Shown piece by piece: positions 13,131-26,289 of a DNA stretch of 64,000 nt. The position numbers and the translations under genes were made by a program. The DNA comes from Geosiphon pyriformis uo1 (lineage: Eukaryota > Fungi > Glomeromycota): the NCBI GenBank assembly GCA_016748015.1, contig JAAOMT010000400.1, positions 248,001 through 312,000 on the forward strand, read 5' to 3'. The notes beneath the pieces were generated by a model. That model searched no databases, was not told the DNA's origin, and worked only from the letters and a program-made list of their open reading frames with translations. How positions within the stretch are numbered: the first letter of the stretch is position 1; each line of letters begins with the position of its first letter.

Positions 13131-16100
13131 TACTTTAAAAAACATAAAAATTTTTAACTATTTTTATTGTAAAATTAATTATTTTTTATTAATATTTTAA
13201 AATTAATTAGTTATAATGCATATTATCTTAATTTACACATTTTCTATGGAATAATTAATTTTTTTCAACCTATTTTACATAATCTAATTAAGTGATTTGC
13301 AAATAATATGCAGATATACATATATATATATAACAATATTCTATTTGGCTAAAATTTGTTTTATAATATTTGTTGGATATAAGCATGTGCTAATGTTATA
13401 TTAATGCTTATTTTTTATTTAAAGATATTATAACTTGTTTATTTAATAACAAAAACATATATGCTGTATATATACACATATATATTGCCAAAAATACTGT
13501 TAATATTAATGATATTCCAAGTGACAAGTAATTACTGTTTGGTTAAAATTTGTTCTATAGTATTTGGTAAATATAAGCATGTACTAATATTATATTAAAC
13601 CTATTTTTTATTTAAAAATACTATAATTTGTTTATCTAATAGCAAAAACATATATATATATACATATAACCAAAGATACTACTAATACTAGTAATATTCT
13701 AAGTAGTAAATAATTGTTTGGTTGAAATTTGTTATATTGTATTAACCAGATATAAATACATGCTAATATTATATTAATGTTTACTTTCTATTCAAAAATA
13801 CTATAACTTGTTTATTTAATAACAAGAACACATATATACACATATATACACATACATACAACCAAAAATGCTATTAATACTAGTAATATTTCAAATAATA
13901 AATAATTGTTATTTGGCTAAAATTTGTTATATTGTGTTGATCAGATATAAGTACATGTTAATCTTATATTAATGCCTACTTTCTATTCAAAAATACTACA
14001 ACTTGTTTATCTAACAAAGCAAAAACATATTTGTAAAATTTATACTTTTTAACAATTTTGAATATATTAGATCTATTATAGCCAAGACTATATTCAAAAA
14101 TATAATAAAAAGCTTTTTATAAATAGACTTAAACATGCTTAATGAGAATATTATCCAAAATTTTTGGAACTTTTTTTTCTAATAAGACAAATTTGTAATT
14201 ATAGCTTGCTTAAGCTTTCTATTTTGTCTTTTCCCAAATCTGCTTAATAAAATTACATTTACAATTAAACTTGGAATACAACAAAAACTTATGCCTGCCA
14301 ATTGTTTTTACAGCTTATTGCAATTGTATTTTCTTAACCAAAAAGTCTGGTTGATTTGCAATATAATGCCAAACACAGCATACAGAAAAAAAATTGACTT
14401 TAGATAAAATAAGTGGTGTTTTAGCTTTATTATAATCATAATTGTTATCTGAATTCTTATCTTTTTTGAATTGTTTCTTTGTACAAATAAGATGCAGATC
14501 ACTGATCCACAAATTTCGTTTTTGTAGAATGTAATGCAATTTTTTTGGCTTACTATTTTTATCTTGCATATTTTGGTTAATTTTCATTTTATTTTAAATA
14601 AATCATATTGTATAGTACTTTTATTGTTTGCCTTTTTCTTTAAGATTCAATTTTGTTGAAATCAAAGTGTTACTTGCATAAACATTATAATTAGATAATT
14701 AATCAAAACAAAATATTTTTTTATAGTTGGAATAAAAATATTCAAAAAAGAGAATTACTTTCTGTACTAACTAGTTAACTATATTGTTACTCTTTTACCA
14801 ACTATTTTAGAATGTTCTTGGCTTAATAATAATTCTGGCTTTTATTGAAAGATTCAGTTTTTTGCTATTGTTATTACTAATACACAATGTTTTATAATAT
14901 AAACACATAAAATCAAAAATCATTAAGACTTGACTCTCATTTTTTTTCTTAATATGTGTTTTTTTTATAAGTCATACACTAAATTGGTTGTCAAAAACAT
15001 AAAAATATGTCTTATTATAAGTGACTAAAATATGTTCTATAAAGTCAATAAGCAGATTTAAAATTGGTAGTATTATTAATTTTTTATTTTTTGGTTTAAA
15101 TGACTTTATATAATAAGCACATTGCATCATTTTTGTTGTAAATATTTGGTAATATGCTACAATATTCTCTTATTTGTGTCCATTATAATAAATCTTTTGC
15201 CTATTTTTGTAAAATATATAATTCTATTTTCGCATATATCAAATTATAGTAAATTTTAAAACATAATAATTATTAATATTAAAGTATTATAGAATAATCT
15301 TGTCATAAAGAAAGACTTATAACAATAATACTTTTCAGTCTTTAAATTTTGTATTGTAAAATCATATTAAGCATGTTTTTTTAATGTTTTTATTTATAAA
15401 CAATAAAGTATGCTTAATATGCTTGTCTTGAAATCTTGGAAGAAGTTGGCTATAAAGAAAAAAATAGTCTGTTTATTTGTATAAATAATAAGTAGCCTAT
15501 TCATTTCTCTGATTTTTTTTGCTTTCTAAAAACAGAAAGTACAGTATAACTGCTACTCTTAACTTTGTTTTTTCCATTTAATATATCTGTAAAATATAAA
15601 ATTAAGTATTATATACAAAAATAATTAAAAGTACTTAAAAATAAAGCTTGACATTTTTGTTTATTATGTAAAATACTAAGTTTTTCTTGCAAAAAACAAA
15701 GCTTTTTTTCATATTGTAGTCAGCTTTATCTTTTTTTTTCATAATTGTTATTTGATTTTGGTTTTTTGTTTTAATAAAAGATTATAGGAGCAAAAAAAGT
15801 AGTAATTAACTTATATGTTTTTGCAATTTGCATATGCTCTTTTTTTATTCTTTTTTTGCACTTTAGACTGCTTTGAAATTTGTTTGTGTATGCTTTTTTT
15901 AGATAATATTCAGCTAAATCTTTTTATTTCAAGAGTTTTTGTTTATTTTCATAAATCAAAAAATCAAATTCTGTATTTGAAATTATATTTTTACTTTTAT
16001 TTAGTTGTTTATTTTCACAATGTGATAATTGTAATGTTGTTTTTACTTTTAATTTTTTCTGTCTTTTTTTCATATTTTGAGCTTTTTTATTTTTAATTAA

Positions 16101-16236
16101 ATAAATAAAAATAGTTAACACATAAATATAAAATTATATAAAAAAAAATATTAATATATGCATACAAATAAGACATTTTGTATTTAGAAAGTTATTGATA
16201 TTAAAAAAAGATGAAATTATTGTATTACTTAAAGTA
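13131..16236 (-). mobile_element. IS630/Tc1/mariner-type DDE DNA transposon relic
   Basis: Minus-strand decayed transposase (~14030-16110). It reads ILVTYNKTYFY (=VTHDETYFY), FCFD*LSNYNVY (=FDQSSNHNAY), CCVWHYIANQPDF (ORF 14315-14587) and HKFLLYSKFNCKCNFIKQIW (=PKFHCExNFIEQxW). Degenerate inverted termini TACTTTAA (13131) and TTAAAGTA (16236). Confidence 0.75.
13345..14030. repeat. Tandem array of ~180-195 bp units (3 full plus 1 partial), subterminal in the DDE transposon
   Basis: Units start TTGG(C/T)T(A/G)AAATTTGTT at 13345, 13539, 13718 and 13913. The length difference lies in an internal (TA/CA)n tract. Confidence 0.9.
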
Positions 16237-16961
16237 TGTATAGTATACATTTATATTTTCGACCAATTATACAAGATAATATAAACATGACTTTTTTATA
16301 TAATTTGTAGTAAGAGGTTTAATTTGTTTATTAGCTATATAAAAAAAAGTAATTTTAAAATACTATAATTTTATCAATATTTGTTCAATTGTTAAAAAGA
16401 AAAACAAGTTTTAATCCTTAAAAGCAGCTTAAAAAGACTTGTTTGATAGTTTTTGTTTCCTTATATTATATAAAATACCTTAGTATTTTGAATTCAAATC
16501 TTAAAATATGTAATTTAAGATAATATTTATCATACTAATTTCAATAACTGTTAACAACTTCCAAATCTAAATTCGAAATAAGTTTTTTAACTTATTTTAT
16601 TTTTATTTTTTTTTAGTTTATTTTTTTTTATTTTTTTTATATTATTGAGTAATTTATAATTAAAATTTTTTGTAGAAGAGTTGACTTTTATAGCAAAGTA
16701 ACTATACATATTTTGAAAAGCTTACAAACAAAAATTTTTTGTAAAAAAGTCAATTTTTATCACAAAATAACTATATAAATAATTAACATAAAATTGGTTA
16801 TTTTATTATAAGTTTAATAGTATATATAATTCAAAATATAAAAAAATACTTTGAAAGAGAAATTAACTTATTAGAAGTTTACCAACTTTTATTAACAACA
16901 GAATTACCAGCAAAACAATATTAACAACATTCAAAAAAGAGTAAAAAAATCTTTAATAACA

Positions 16962-19900
16962 TTTAGTGCTCTTTTAAAAATAACACAATAACAATTAAAT
17001 TAAAGTAAAAATTAGATTAAACATAACAACTCTAAAATACTATTAATTAATTTGCACTTATTGCAAACAATAATTTAAAATCTGAGACAAAATTACAGCT
17101 TTTAAAAAAACACTTTTTTAATATATTAAAAAATTAATTAATAATTATTTTTTTAAAAATTACAATATTACAAAAGTTAAGTAAAATTTTCTTGAAAACT
17201 TAATTTATTATTCAAACAAAGATTTAGAAAATATTAGTGCTGATGCTTATGCTATTTATTTTAAAAAACTTGATTACAATATTATTTAGTTTTGTAAAAA
17301 AAAAATCTTGTTAATTCACAATTTATTCTTAAACTTAAGTCTGAATTTAAAAATAATAGCAAAGACAAAAAAAATATATAACCAGTTTATACAACTTTCA
17401 ACACACCAAAAACAATCTTTCAATACTTATAAACACTTAAACAAAGAACTAATTCTAAACTAATATTTTTAATTACATCTTTTTCAGTTTTACTTGCTTA
17501 AACATAAATACTTAATTTACTTTTTAATTGATTTTTAAGACCAGAAGACTTTATTAAAAGTCTAATTCAACAGTCAGAATTAATTTATATTAGCATTAAT
17601 TTTTTTGATTTTTTAGCAGAAAACCAAAGTAAATATTTAGAAACATTAGCCAATAAAAAAAACATTTCTGAACTTATTGAAAAAAAGAAAAAAGAAAATA
17701 AAGAAACAAAAACCACTAATTATAAAAAAAACAAAAAAATAGCAACTATTTATATTGTAAAATTTCTAATTTTTCTGGAAAAAACACTAAAATTAGCTCT
17801 TAAAAATGACTTAACCAAGTTATTAAAGCAGAAAATATTAATAGATAGATTACAAAAAAATGCTATAAGCAATTTTTTATTTACTCAAAAGAATTATAAG
17901 CAAATGATTTGAAAACTTGGCCATCTTTTTTGCAAATTAACAAGTTTTTAAAACTGCTTTTCTTAGATAATTTACAAACAACAACATTTTAATTATTTTC
18001 CAAAATCATTTTCGAAATATTAAGTAGAAATCATTTAAATCTGTTATAATTTATATTAGAAAGTTCAACAAACTTAGAAAAATCTGCCAGCTAGAAACAA
18101 ATGCTTAGTATTCTAATATCTAAGTTTTAAATTAATTTATTGTTGGTTTAAAAAATAAATTAATCAAGAAAGTTTACTTATATGCTTTTACAGATTTAAT
18201 TACTGTTATTTAATATGCTAAAAACTATAAAATGGCTATAAAAAAAGCAAACCACACCAAATTTGTCAATTTGGCAATTAAAAAAACCAGCTTAACTACT
18301 GAAAAAAAATTAATCAATTTACAAAAAAGATTGAAACATATTTTGCTAATTAACTACAAAAATACTAATTATTATAGCAAAAAAACCAAAAAAACTTTTT
18401 ATTATTTAACAATTAATCTTAACAATTAAACTGCTATTATTGTAAAATTTTAGAACATTAGAAACATGATTGCAGAAAAATACAATAAGATTAACAATAA
18501 TAAAATAATTTTTTCCAACAACAATAATTATATTTTTTATTAGTATTTACTTATTATTTACCAAGATTTTAGTTTACTTATTATCAGTTTGTTTTACAAC
18601 AACTACTACAATATTATCAATTATTTCTAATTAGAATTATTAATTACTAGCCAAAAAATTGGTTTAATCTAACCAATTTACACTATAAAATTATTTTTAG
18701 TTAAACAACAATAAATTTAATTCTAAAAATTAATTGGTATTTTGTAATAATAATTAACAGCCACACAGATATTTTTATACTTAACCAAATTATTTTATAA
18801 TGCCAAAAAACCAAAATTTTTATCATATTGTATTTTTAAAAAGTAAAACTACAGTATAATAGCAAAAATTTTTTCTTAACTATATTACAATTTCATTAGC
18901 AAAAATTGCCAAAAATGCTAATATTTCAGACATATTTTTATTTGAATTTAATACAAATAAATTATTATTTCTACTTAACAATATAGCAGTTTTCAAATAA
19001 AAAGCCATTATAACAATATATATTAAAACTAAAGTTAAAAAAAAATTTATTTAATTAATTTTAAATAATAAATTAGCCAAAAATATTATTACTTATTAGT
19101 TAATACAACAACTTAAAAAAATGTTAACAAATTTGTTTAAACAATAATTATAATTGCCAATAATATGAAAAAAACACTTATATAAAAAATTGACAACTTT
19201 TTCTTTATAATTAAAGTTCTTATTATAAATATACTTCAATACTAAGCTTTTGTTAAAAATAATTGGCTTCTTAAAACTAATGTTAACTTAAATTAAAAAA
19301 TATAAAAACTAAAATTTTTTTATTATGAACAGCATATTAAAGTACTTATTATTTATAATATTATTAACAAATAATTCAAAAAAGTTCTAGTTTTTGAATT
19401 TAAAAAAAAAATCCCTCAATTACCAATACTTATATAGTCTTTAATTTTTAGTCTAATTAAACTAAAAAGACAAAACAACTTTTTAAGACTTTAGAACCAC
19501 AATTTACATTATTATAGTTTAAAAAATTTAGTTAACTAGTTATATTAACATCAATAAATAAACCAGTTAACAGTTAATATGTTCTATACTTAAAACAAAA
19601 ATCATAAAGACAATCATTTTATATTCTATTCAAATATAAAAATTATAACAAAAAGCTTTTATTTATAAAAGTTTGCATATTATCAAAAGAAAAATACTAA
19701 ACTTGTACTTATTACTATTGTAAAGCTTGCCATTAAAAATAATTTAAAAATAGAACAACATATTTTGTTTTATATATAAAAAATTACTGTCTAAAAAATA
19801 CAATTGGATTAATATTGTAATAAGAAAAAAAGTATGTGATCAAATTTGTCAAAATGCTTTTATTATTTTGGAAAAAGTAAAACATAAAATACTTTTACTG

Positions 19901-20710
19901 TAATATATAACAGTACTTTAAACAAACTGTATTATTATCCATATAATGCCAAAATAATCTATAAATTCACAATAGTTTTAATTAATAGAAAATCTTAGAA
20001 AAATGTTTGCCAAATGAAAGAGACAAAATATATTAAATATACTATAGAATTAGCCAAATTTAATTATAAAGATAAAATAAATTTTTATTACTTGACTTTT
20101 AATTGTATATATTTTTAAAAAAAAACCCAAATTTAATGACTGAAATAAATAAACATTTAGCTTTGCAAAAAATACATTATGTTTTGTAATAACATATAAT
20201 ATTGAATATTATATTCTCAGTATACTATTATTTATTAAAAATAATTAAGAAAAAATTGAATTTGGAAAAAGTAAAAAAAAGTCTGACTATTTTGATTTAT
20301 TTTACCAAAAACCAATTTACTTTATTACTTAAATATTTTAATAACAATGAGCAAAAAATTAAACCAAAAAAAACACATAAAATTAATATAAGATATTATT
20401 TTTAATATTTAGACAAAAATATTTTTATCTTAAAACCAAAATTACTTACAAAAATCAATCTTAAAATTGTTTTTGAAATTTTACCAAGAACAATAATATA
20501 AATTGCTTTCCAATTATTATTAACAAGCAAAAAAATCAATGTTAAAAAAGAAATTATTAATATAAGATATACTAAAAACATTAAAATAATGCTCTAAAAT
20601 AAAACCAAAAAACCATTTACAATTGAACATACTAAAAAAATTGCCCAAGCTATTTATTTATTTTTAATCAACATTTTAGATTTGCAATTAATTAAAAATT
20701 AAGAAGCATA
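16962..20710 (+). mobile_element. Ty3/Gypsy-type LTR retrotransposon internal region: PBS, gag (CCHC), aspartic protease, Cys-rich spacer, dUTPase; decayed
   Basis: PBS-like TTTAGTGCTC directly after the LTR. Gag remnant in ORF 18232-18429 and knuckle C-Y-Y-C..H..HDCRK at ~18431-18480. Protease LILNNKLAKNII (=LILDSGSAGSII) at ~19055 and YQALV..NWL at ~19240. dUTPase motifs at 20330-20660, with KIAQAI intact. Confidence 0.8.
20330..20710 (+). pseudogene. Retroelement-borne dUTPase domain (decayed)
   Basis: Reads KTHKINIRYYF..*IAFQLLLTSKKINVKKEIINIRYTKNIKIML*N..KIAQAIYL. Reversing mostly G>A/C>T changes restores the trimeric dUTPase motifs DAGYDL, RSS, GIIDAGYTG and KIAQ in the correct order and spacing. 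Confidence 0.75.
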
Positions 20711-23577
20711 AAGAATAACTTTTTTTCACAATCAACATAAATTAATTTCGAAAGTCAATATAATTAATTTTATTGATTTAAGATTAAGTAAATTGATGAT
20801 AATTTTTGGAGTTCTTTATCAACTTTTTTTTTATTTTTTTCTTTTCAAATAGAAGATAGTAGTAGTTTTGTCCTAAAATTATCAATTTAAGAAACTTGAT
20901 AGGTTTCCAAAATTGGCTAAAAAGTAGGTTCTTTGAATTTAATTAGAGATTGTTCTGAAGCTATTGCTTTAAAGTATCTATACATAACAGATATTTTAGT
21001 ATATTGTTCATTAAAAATAATCTGAAATTTTTGTGTATTTCAGTTAAGTATAGTATAAACTTTAATTAACTAATTGTTTTTTATAAGAGCTTAATATTGA
21101 ATGGCTTCTATAATAAGTACTTTAGTTAAGATACTGATTTTATAGATTTTAAAGAGAAAGTTATTGATCTCTTTTATTAGTGTTTTGGTATTTCTATCTA
21201 TGATAATTATTTTAGCAGTGACTGTACAATTTACTTGGTAATCTAATTGTTTTATAAGTTGTTTTATGATTATGTTGTTTGCAGATTTACTGTTGAGTAT
21301 TAATTTAATATTTATTTGTCTTATTTTGGCATAAGTATATATTGTTATAATTGGTTTATTTTGATTAATAACAGCTCTACTAAAAAAATCAGCCATGTTC
21401 AAACTATTAATATCACATAGAAATATAACAACCAGAGTATTATCTTTAGTAATCATGACAGAAAAAATTATTTTAGAGATTTAATTGGTGTTCTAAGAAA
21501 GAAAATTGGTGATTGCAATTATATTTTTCTCTTTTAAAGATATAGTATTACCAAAATTTGGAGTTTTTATAAGACCAAAATATAAGACCTGGTTTGGGTA
21601 TTTTGTTTATGCTGATTAAAATAGTATATTGTTATGATGTACTGGTTTGAATGTTTCATTAATAGGTTGTATCTAATTTTTATTGGTGGTTTGTTATTCT
21701 TAATTATAATTAATGGCTCGAAATTTGAAGTTATTATACATTGAAATCTAGTATTGAGATATTATTTGTATTATTATTTGTGAAGACTAATAGTAAATTG
21801 AGAATAGTTGAGGTAAATACTATAGTTGTAAGTATTATAACAAAAAATATTGAAATCTCATGGCTTGAAAATATTTTAATTGTGGTTAATATTGACTTTT
21901 TTAGTTTTGATCAGCTAATTTTTTTCTGCAATTTTTTGTAATATGTTCAAATTTTTGACAATAATAATAATTATAAAAATCTGATTTTTAGAATTTTTGT
22001 TGTTGTTGTTAATTTTGCTGTTGTTGATGATTGTTGGAATTGTTTTTATGTTGTAATAATTAATAAGTTTCAAAGTTTTTTGCTAAAAATTTCTCAAATT
22101 TCTGATTTAATTTCTTACTTAATTGAGTAAGTTTGGCATTAATATTTAATGTTCTATTTATGGTTAAATTAATGGCTTGGGTATAATTGGCTTCTTGTTC
22201 TACTGATTCAAAGTTACAAGCAAGTATTATGGCTTTTTGTAAAGTATTGGAGTAACAAAATCTAACAAACTAAAAAATACTACTTCTTAATTTTTTAATA
22301 AATTAATTAAGAGTTTGTCTTAGTATATAATAGTCTTTTTTAATTGCCTAAATTTGGCAAAAAGTTTAATTAAATTATCTAAGATAAGTGGTTATTGCTT
22401 TATAATCTTTTTGTTTTATTACATTAAACTAAATTTATAGCTTAATAAGCATATTGGAATTACAAAAATATTGTAGAAAAACAAGTTTGAAAATAGCAAA
22501 GTCAATTGGTTTCTCCTTAAAATTTTAATATCATGAGTTTACAGTTTCTGTTAAAAAAAATAATAGAGCTTGAATTGTTTTGGTCTTATCTTAATTATTG
22601 GCTTTAATTGCTTTTTTGGCTTTTACAATCTACATATATGTGTTTTTTTTTACTAGAGAAATTTTTCAGTCTGGTAATATCTCTGTAAGCCATAATCTGA
22701 GTAATAAAGATTGGTTTAATTGTTAACAAAGAGAATATTAACAAAGATAGATTTGGTTGCTTTGTTGAGTTTGCAATAAGTTGTTTCTTTTTATTAGTAT
22801 GTTTAATATATTATAAAATAGTTGTTTTGCTTAAGAGTATAATGGTTGATTTGTTTAGAGATAATATTAATAATTATGTTCAAAAAAAAGTGCTTTTGCT
22901 GAATTTACTGGCTGTTAAGATAAAATTTTCAAACAATAATTTGTATTTTTTCAGAAATTTGGTTCAGAAATTTTGGTTATAGTCTTAAGAATACAAGATT
23001 TTAGAAGTTCTTGGAGTTTTTAATTGTGTTTTAGTGAATTGATTGAGTAGAATTTTATTTTTGAATGTTTAATAATATAAAAGAGTAGTTAATAAAAAAA
23101 GTTTTGATTTTTTGTAAATTGTATATTAAGTTCTTTTTTGTATGACTGGTATATTCTTGTTTTCAAACTCGAATTCTATAAAGTTAGGTTTTATTGGTTG
23201 TCTTTTTTTTACTTGAAAGTATTGTTTGGTTATGTATTTTTCAATTTCTTGATCAATTATAAAAAAAGTCTTGGCTATTGTCTGAATAATAGTTAAAGTT
23301 AAATATATTAATAATTTTAGATAAATTTGTTTTCCAAGTTTTTCTGTGTTTGTTGTTTGGCTTAATAAGTAGTTAATCTTAATATATACATAATAACAAA
23401 AATTACTCTTTACAATAATAGTTTCTATTGGTATTTTTAAGTCTTTTCTAAAATGTTAAAATAATACTTTTTCATATAGTAAATAATCTTTTCTTATAGT
23501 TTTAATAGTTGTTATTTTGGTGAATTTCTGGGATGCTCTGTCTTTATAGATTTTATAGTCTTACAAAAAGCACTAAA
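20710..23577 (-). mobile_element. Second Ty3/Gypsy-type internal region (PBS, gag, aspartic protease), decayed and 3'-truncated
   Basis: ORF 21091-21456 KLILNSKSANNII..KVLIIEAIQY(*ALIKNN*L) is a retropepsin (LILDSGS..QALxGxDWL) with G>A damage. PBS-like TTTAGTGCTTTT lies at 23577-23566, immediately after the LTR. Confidence 0.75.
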
Positions 23578-24560
23578 TATTACAAATAAACTTGGCAGAG
23601 TATTGTAGTAACATTTAGTACTCTAAATTTAGATAAAAAAAACCTAAAGATTTTTATTTTAAATACTTAAAATGAGTTATTGATATTAATTTCTAAAAGT
23701 TTTTACTAATTTTACCTATAAAGTTCTTTGGTTATAAGACAAAAAAATGTTTTGGCTAATTGTGACTTAAGTATGTAAGCTATTTTCTCTGAGATAGTCA
23801 AGTACAGTTGCAGTATCTTTTTACTTTTTTGGTAAGCTAATATAATAACATTAATATCTAATCCTAAAAAAAGCTTTTTTTTTTACCAGGCTATTATAAA
23901 GTCTATTTTCAGACAGTTAATTTTACAATATTATTACTCTATAAAAGAAAAAAATAAAATAAAAAATAAGAGAAAAATAAAAAATAAAAAAATAAATAAA
24001 ATAAATAAAAAGAAATTAATTTTGTCAATTATTATAATCAAGAATAATTAGTTTAAGTTATTATTGTTTAAGATGATTTTATGTTGGGAGCATCTGAATA
24101 AAAACAAACATAAATTTATGTTAAATATAAAATTCATGAATTATGTATAAATAAGTTTGAGTTTTAAATATTTTTTTTATTTGAAGTAATATAAATATAT
24201 AGATAAAATAAATTTAACAGATATAAATAAAAAAATATATTTTTCTATCTGTCTGTCTTTTTTTTTTTGCTAAAATTATTTGTTTTTATACATATTTTTA
24301 GTTTTACAAAATTGCTTTTGATTACTTGTTATTACTAACTATTGCTCACTATTTCTGTTGTTGTTTTGTTTTTTTACACTATAACTAATTATTCTATATT
24401 ATGACTAGTTATTTTATATTATTGTGTATTATTTCATATTATCTTAAGTTATAATATATTATTTTGTGTTATTTTGTATTATTATATTTTCCTAAGTTAT
24501 TATGTTTTTAATCACATTTTTTTTAATATTTTTTAGATTAGTTTTTTTATTTAGGTAACA
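23578..24560 (-). repeat. 5' LTR (family 2), ~983 bp
   Basis: Termini TATTAC (decayed TGTTAC) at 23578 and GGTAACA at 24560; adjacent to a PBS; colinear with the copy starting at 54939. Confidence 0.75.
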
Positions 24561-26280
24561 ATACTAAAAAAGTGGTTTAATAACAATATTTAACCATAAT
24601 AAATTTTTTATTATATCTGATAATCAGTTTACAAGTTCATAATTAAGCAAAGTTTTTGCTTTCTTAAGCTATTTATTATTAACAATAAAAGTGTGTTTTT
24701 TTGCTTTAGAAACTTTTATATTAGTTTTAATGCTGATGTTATTAATACAAACAGGAATAGTTTTGGCTATACTAAGATTTTTTTTTTGTTACTATGTATA
24801 TTAGTCATAAGTTGAGTTAAAAATTTATTAATTTTTCTTCTAATTGTTTTAAAAAAGTGTTTAACAATAATATTAACAAATAATTTACTGTCTAAGATCA
24901 AATTAATAAAGTAACCAGCCATTTGGATTTTACAAATCAAAAAAATAATATTGCTATTATTAGTAAGTCCAGCTTAACAAGGGTGTTTATTGATTTTTGG
25001 TGTTTTTTTTTTAAAATTAAAGATTTGTGAAGATTTTTTTTGAACTGTAATTATTAACTGGCCAAAGATAATATATATTAAGATTTCTATAAGATCTTTA
25101 ACAATAAAATAAGAACCAAATTTTATACTATTTTTAAGAGTTTCAACTTTAAAAAATTCTTAAAAACTTTAGCTTTTAGTGGCTTATTATTATCAACAAT
25201 GAAAATTAAGATCTTGTTAAGATCTAAAACAAAATCAATTTTTTCTTTTTTCTTTTTTCTTGTAAATTTAGAAAGATTAATAGCCAATTCATTTATATCA
25301 TAATCATTATCAGTTAAGTTAAAAGTATAAAAAGAGTTTTTTTCTAGTTGGCTTGTACTTTTACTTTATGGAAATGCACTTACCAATTTAAAGACTGATA
25401 AATAGTAGCTTTAACTAAGAGATTTTTTCTAAAAAAATTAATATTAGTATGTTTAAGTCTTTAATTAGAAGCATTGTTATTGATGATTCTGTTGTTTTGA
25501 TTATTATTATTTCTAAAAGCTGGTAAAAATAAGAAAAAATTGTTGCAATTTCTTGAGAAATGTTCAGTTAATTTATAGTAATAACATATAAGTAGATTAT
25601 AATTTTGCTGTCTTTAATAAAAATGCTGTTAAGACTGATTAAAATAAAATTCAAATTTGGGTTTTTGAGATTTTTAAGTTTTTTTAACTGCTTGGGCTAA
25701 GAATTCTAATAATTAAACAAGATTAATTGTTTATTAAAATTTTGAGTTTAGATGACAAAAAAAATGCTATTTAAGAAGCAAAAGTCAGAATAAGAGCAAA
25801 AACAAAAACTAAAAATGTAAATCTTAAATGCATTCTTTAATTGTTTTCAATTTTTTGAGCAATTTCAATGGCCATATTTATTGTAAGATTATTTTTTAGA
25901 ACCAGAAAGGCCAAAAAGCATATAAGAGATTAATTCTTAATTCTTTTATAAAAGAATGTATTTTTTGCTCTTTTGTTTAATTTTTTTTAGAGTTTACTTA
26001 TTTGATAAGCTTTTTAATTGCTTTGATATATTTAGCTACAATTTTACCAAGACTTTAAATTCTTTTTTTAATTCCATATGCTATTTGAAAATTAAAATAA
26101 AAGTTCTAAATTTGGTTTCAAACCAAGTAATAAAAGAGATATTTTCTTTTTCAATATTTGTTAATATTTATTTAATAATTTTTTGGTAAACACTAGCATT
26201 AGTTTTCTGTAAAAACCAAGTGACAAGAGAGCCTAAAAGTAGAGTTTTAATGTTTGGTTTAGTTTAATTTAAGTTGTAAT
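24561..26280 (-). mobile_element. Third LTR-retrotransposon gag-protease relic
   Basis: Minus strand at ~24600-24960 reads LICKIQMAGYFINLILDSKLFVNIIVKHF..IVNNK*LKKAKTLLNYE (retropepsin LILDS motif). Gag-like decayed sequence lies upstream. Confidence 0.65.
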
Positions 26281-26289
26281 TGATAATTC

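Larger units (their letters stand above)
12964..16961 (+). repeat. 5' LTR (family 1), split by a DNA transposon: pieces 12964-13130 and 16237-16961
   Basis: Begins TGTTATTAGC and matches the reverse complement of 52980-53138. Segment 16530-16961 matches the reverse complement of 52182-52600 and ends ..TAATAACA, followed by PBS-like TTTAGTGCTC. Pieces sum to ~890 bp; the middle segment is divergent. Confidence 0.7.

Noticed and set aside
13345-14030. CRISPR-like array
   Set aside because: Units are ~190 bp and similar along their whole length, with no unique spacers and no cas genes; the context is a eukaryotic transposon.
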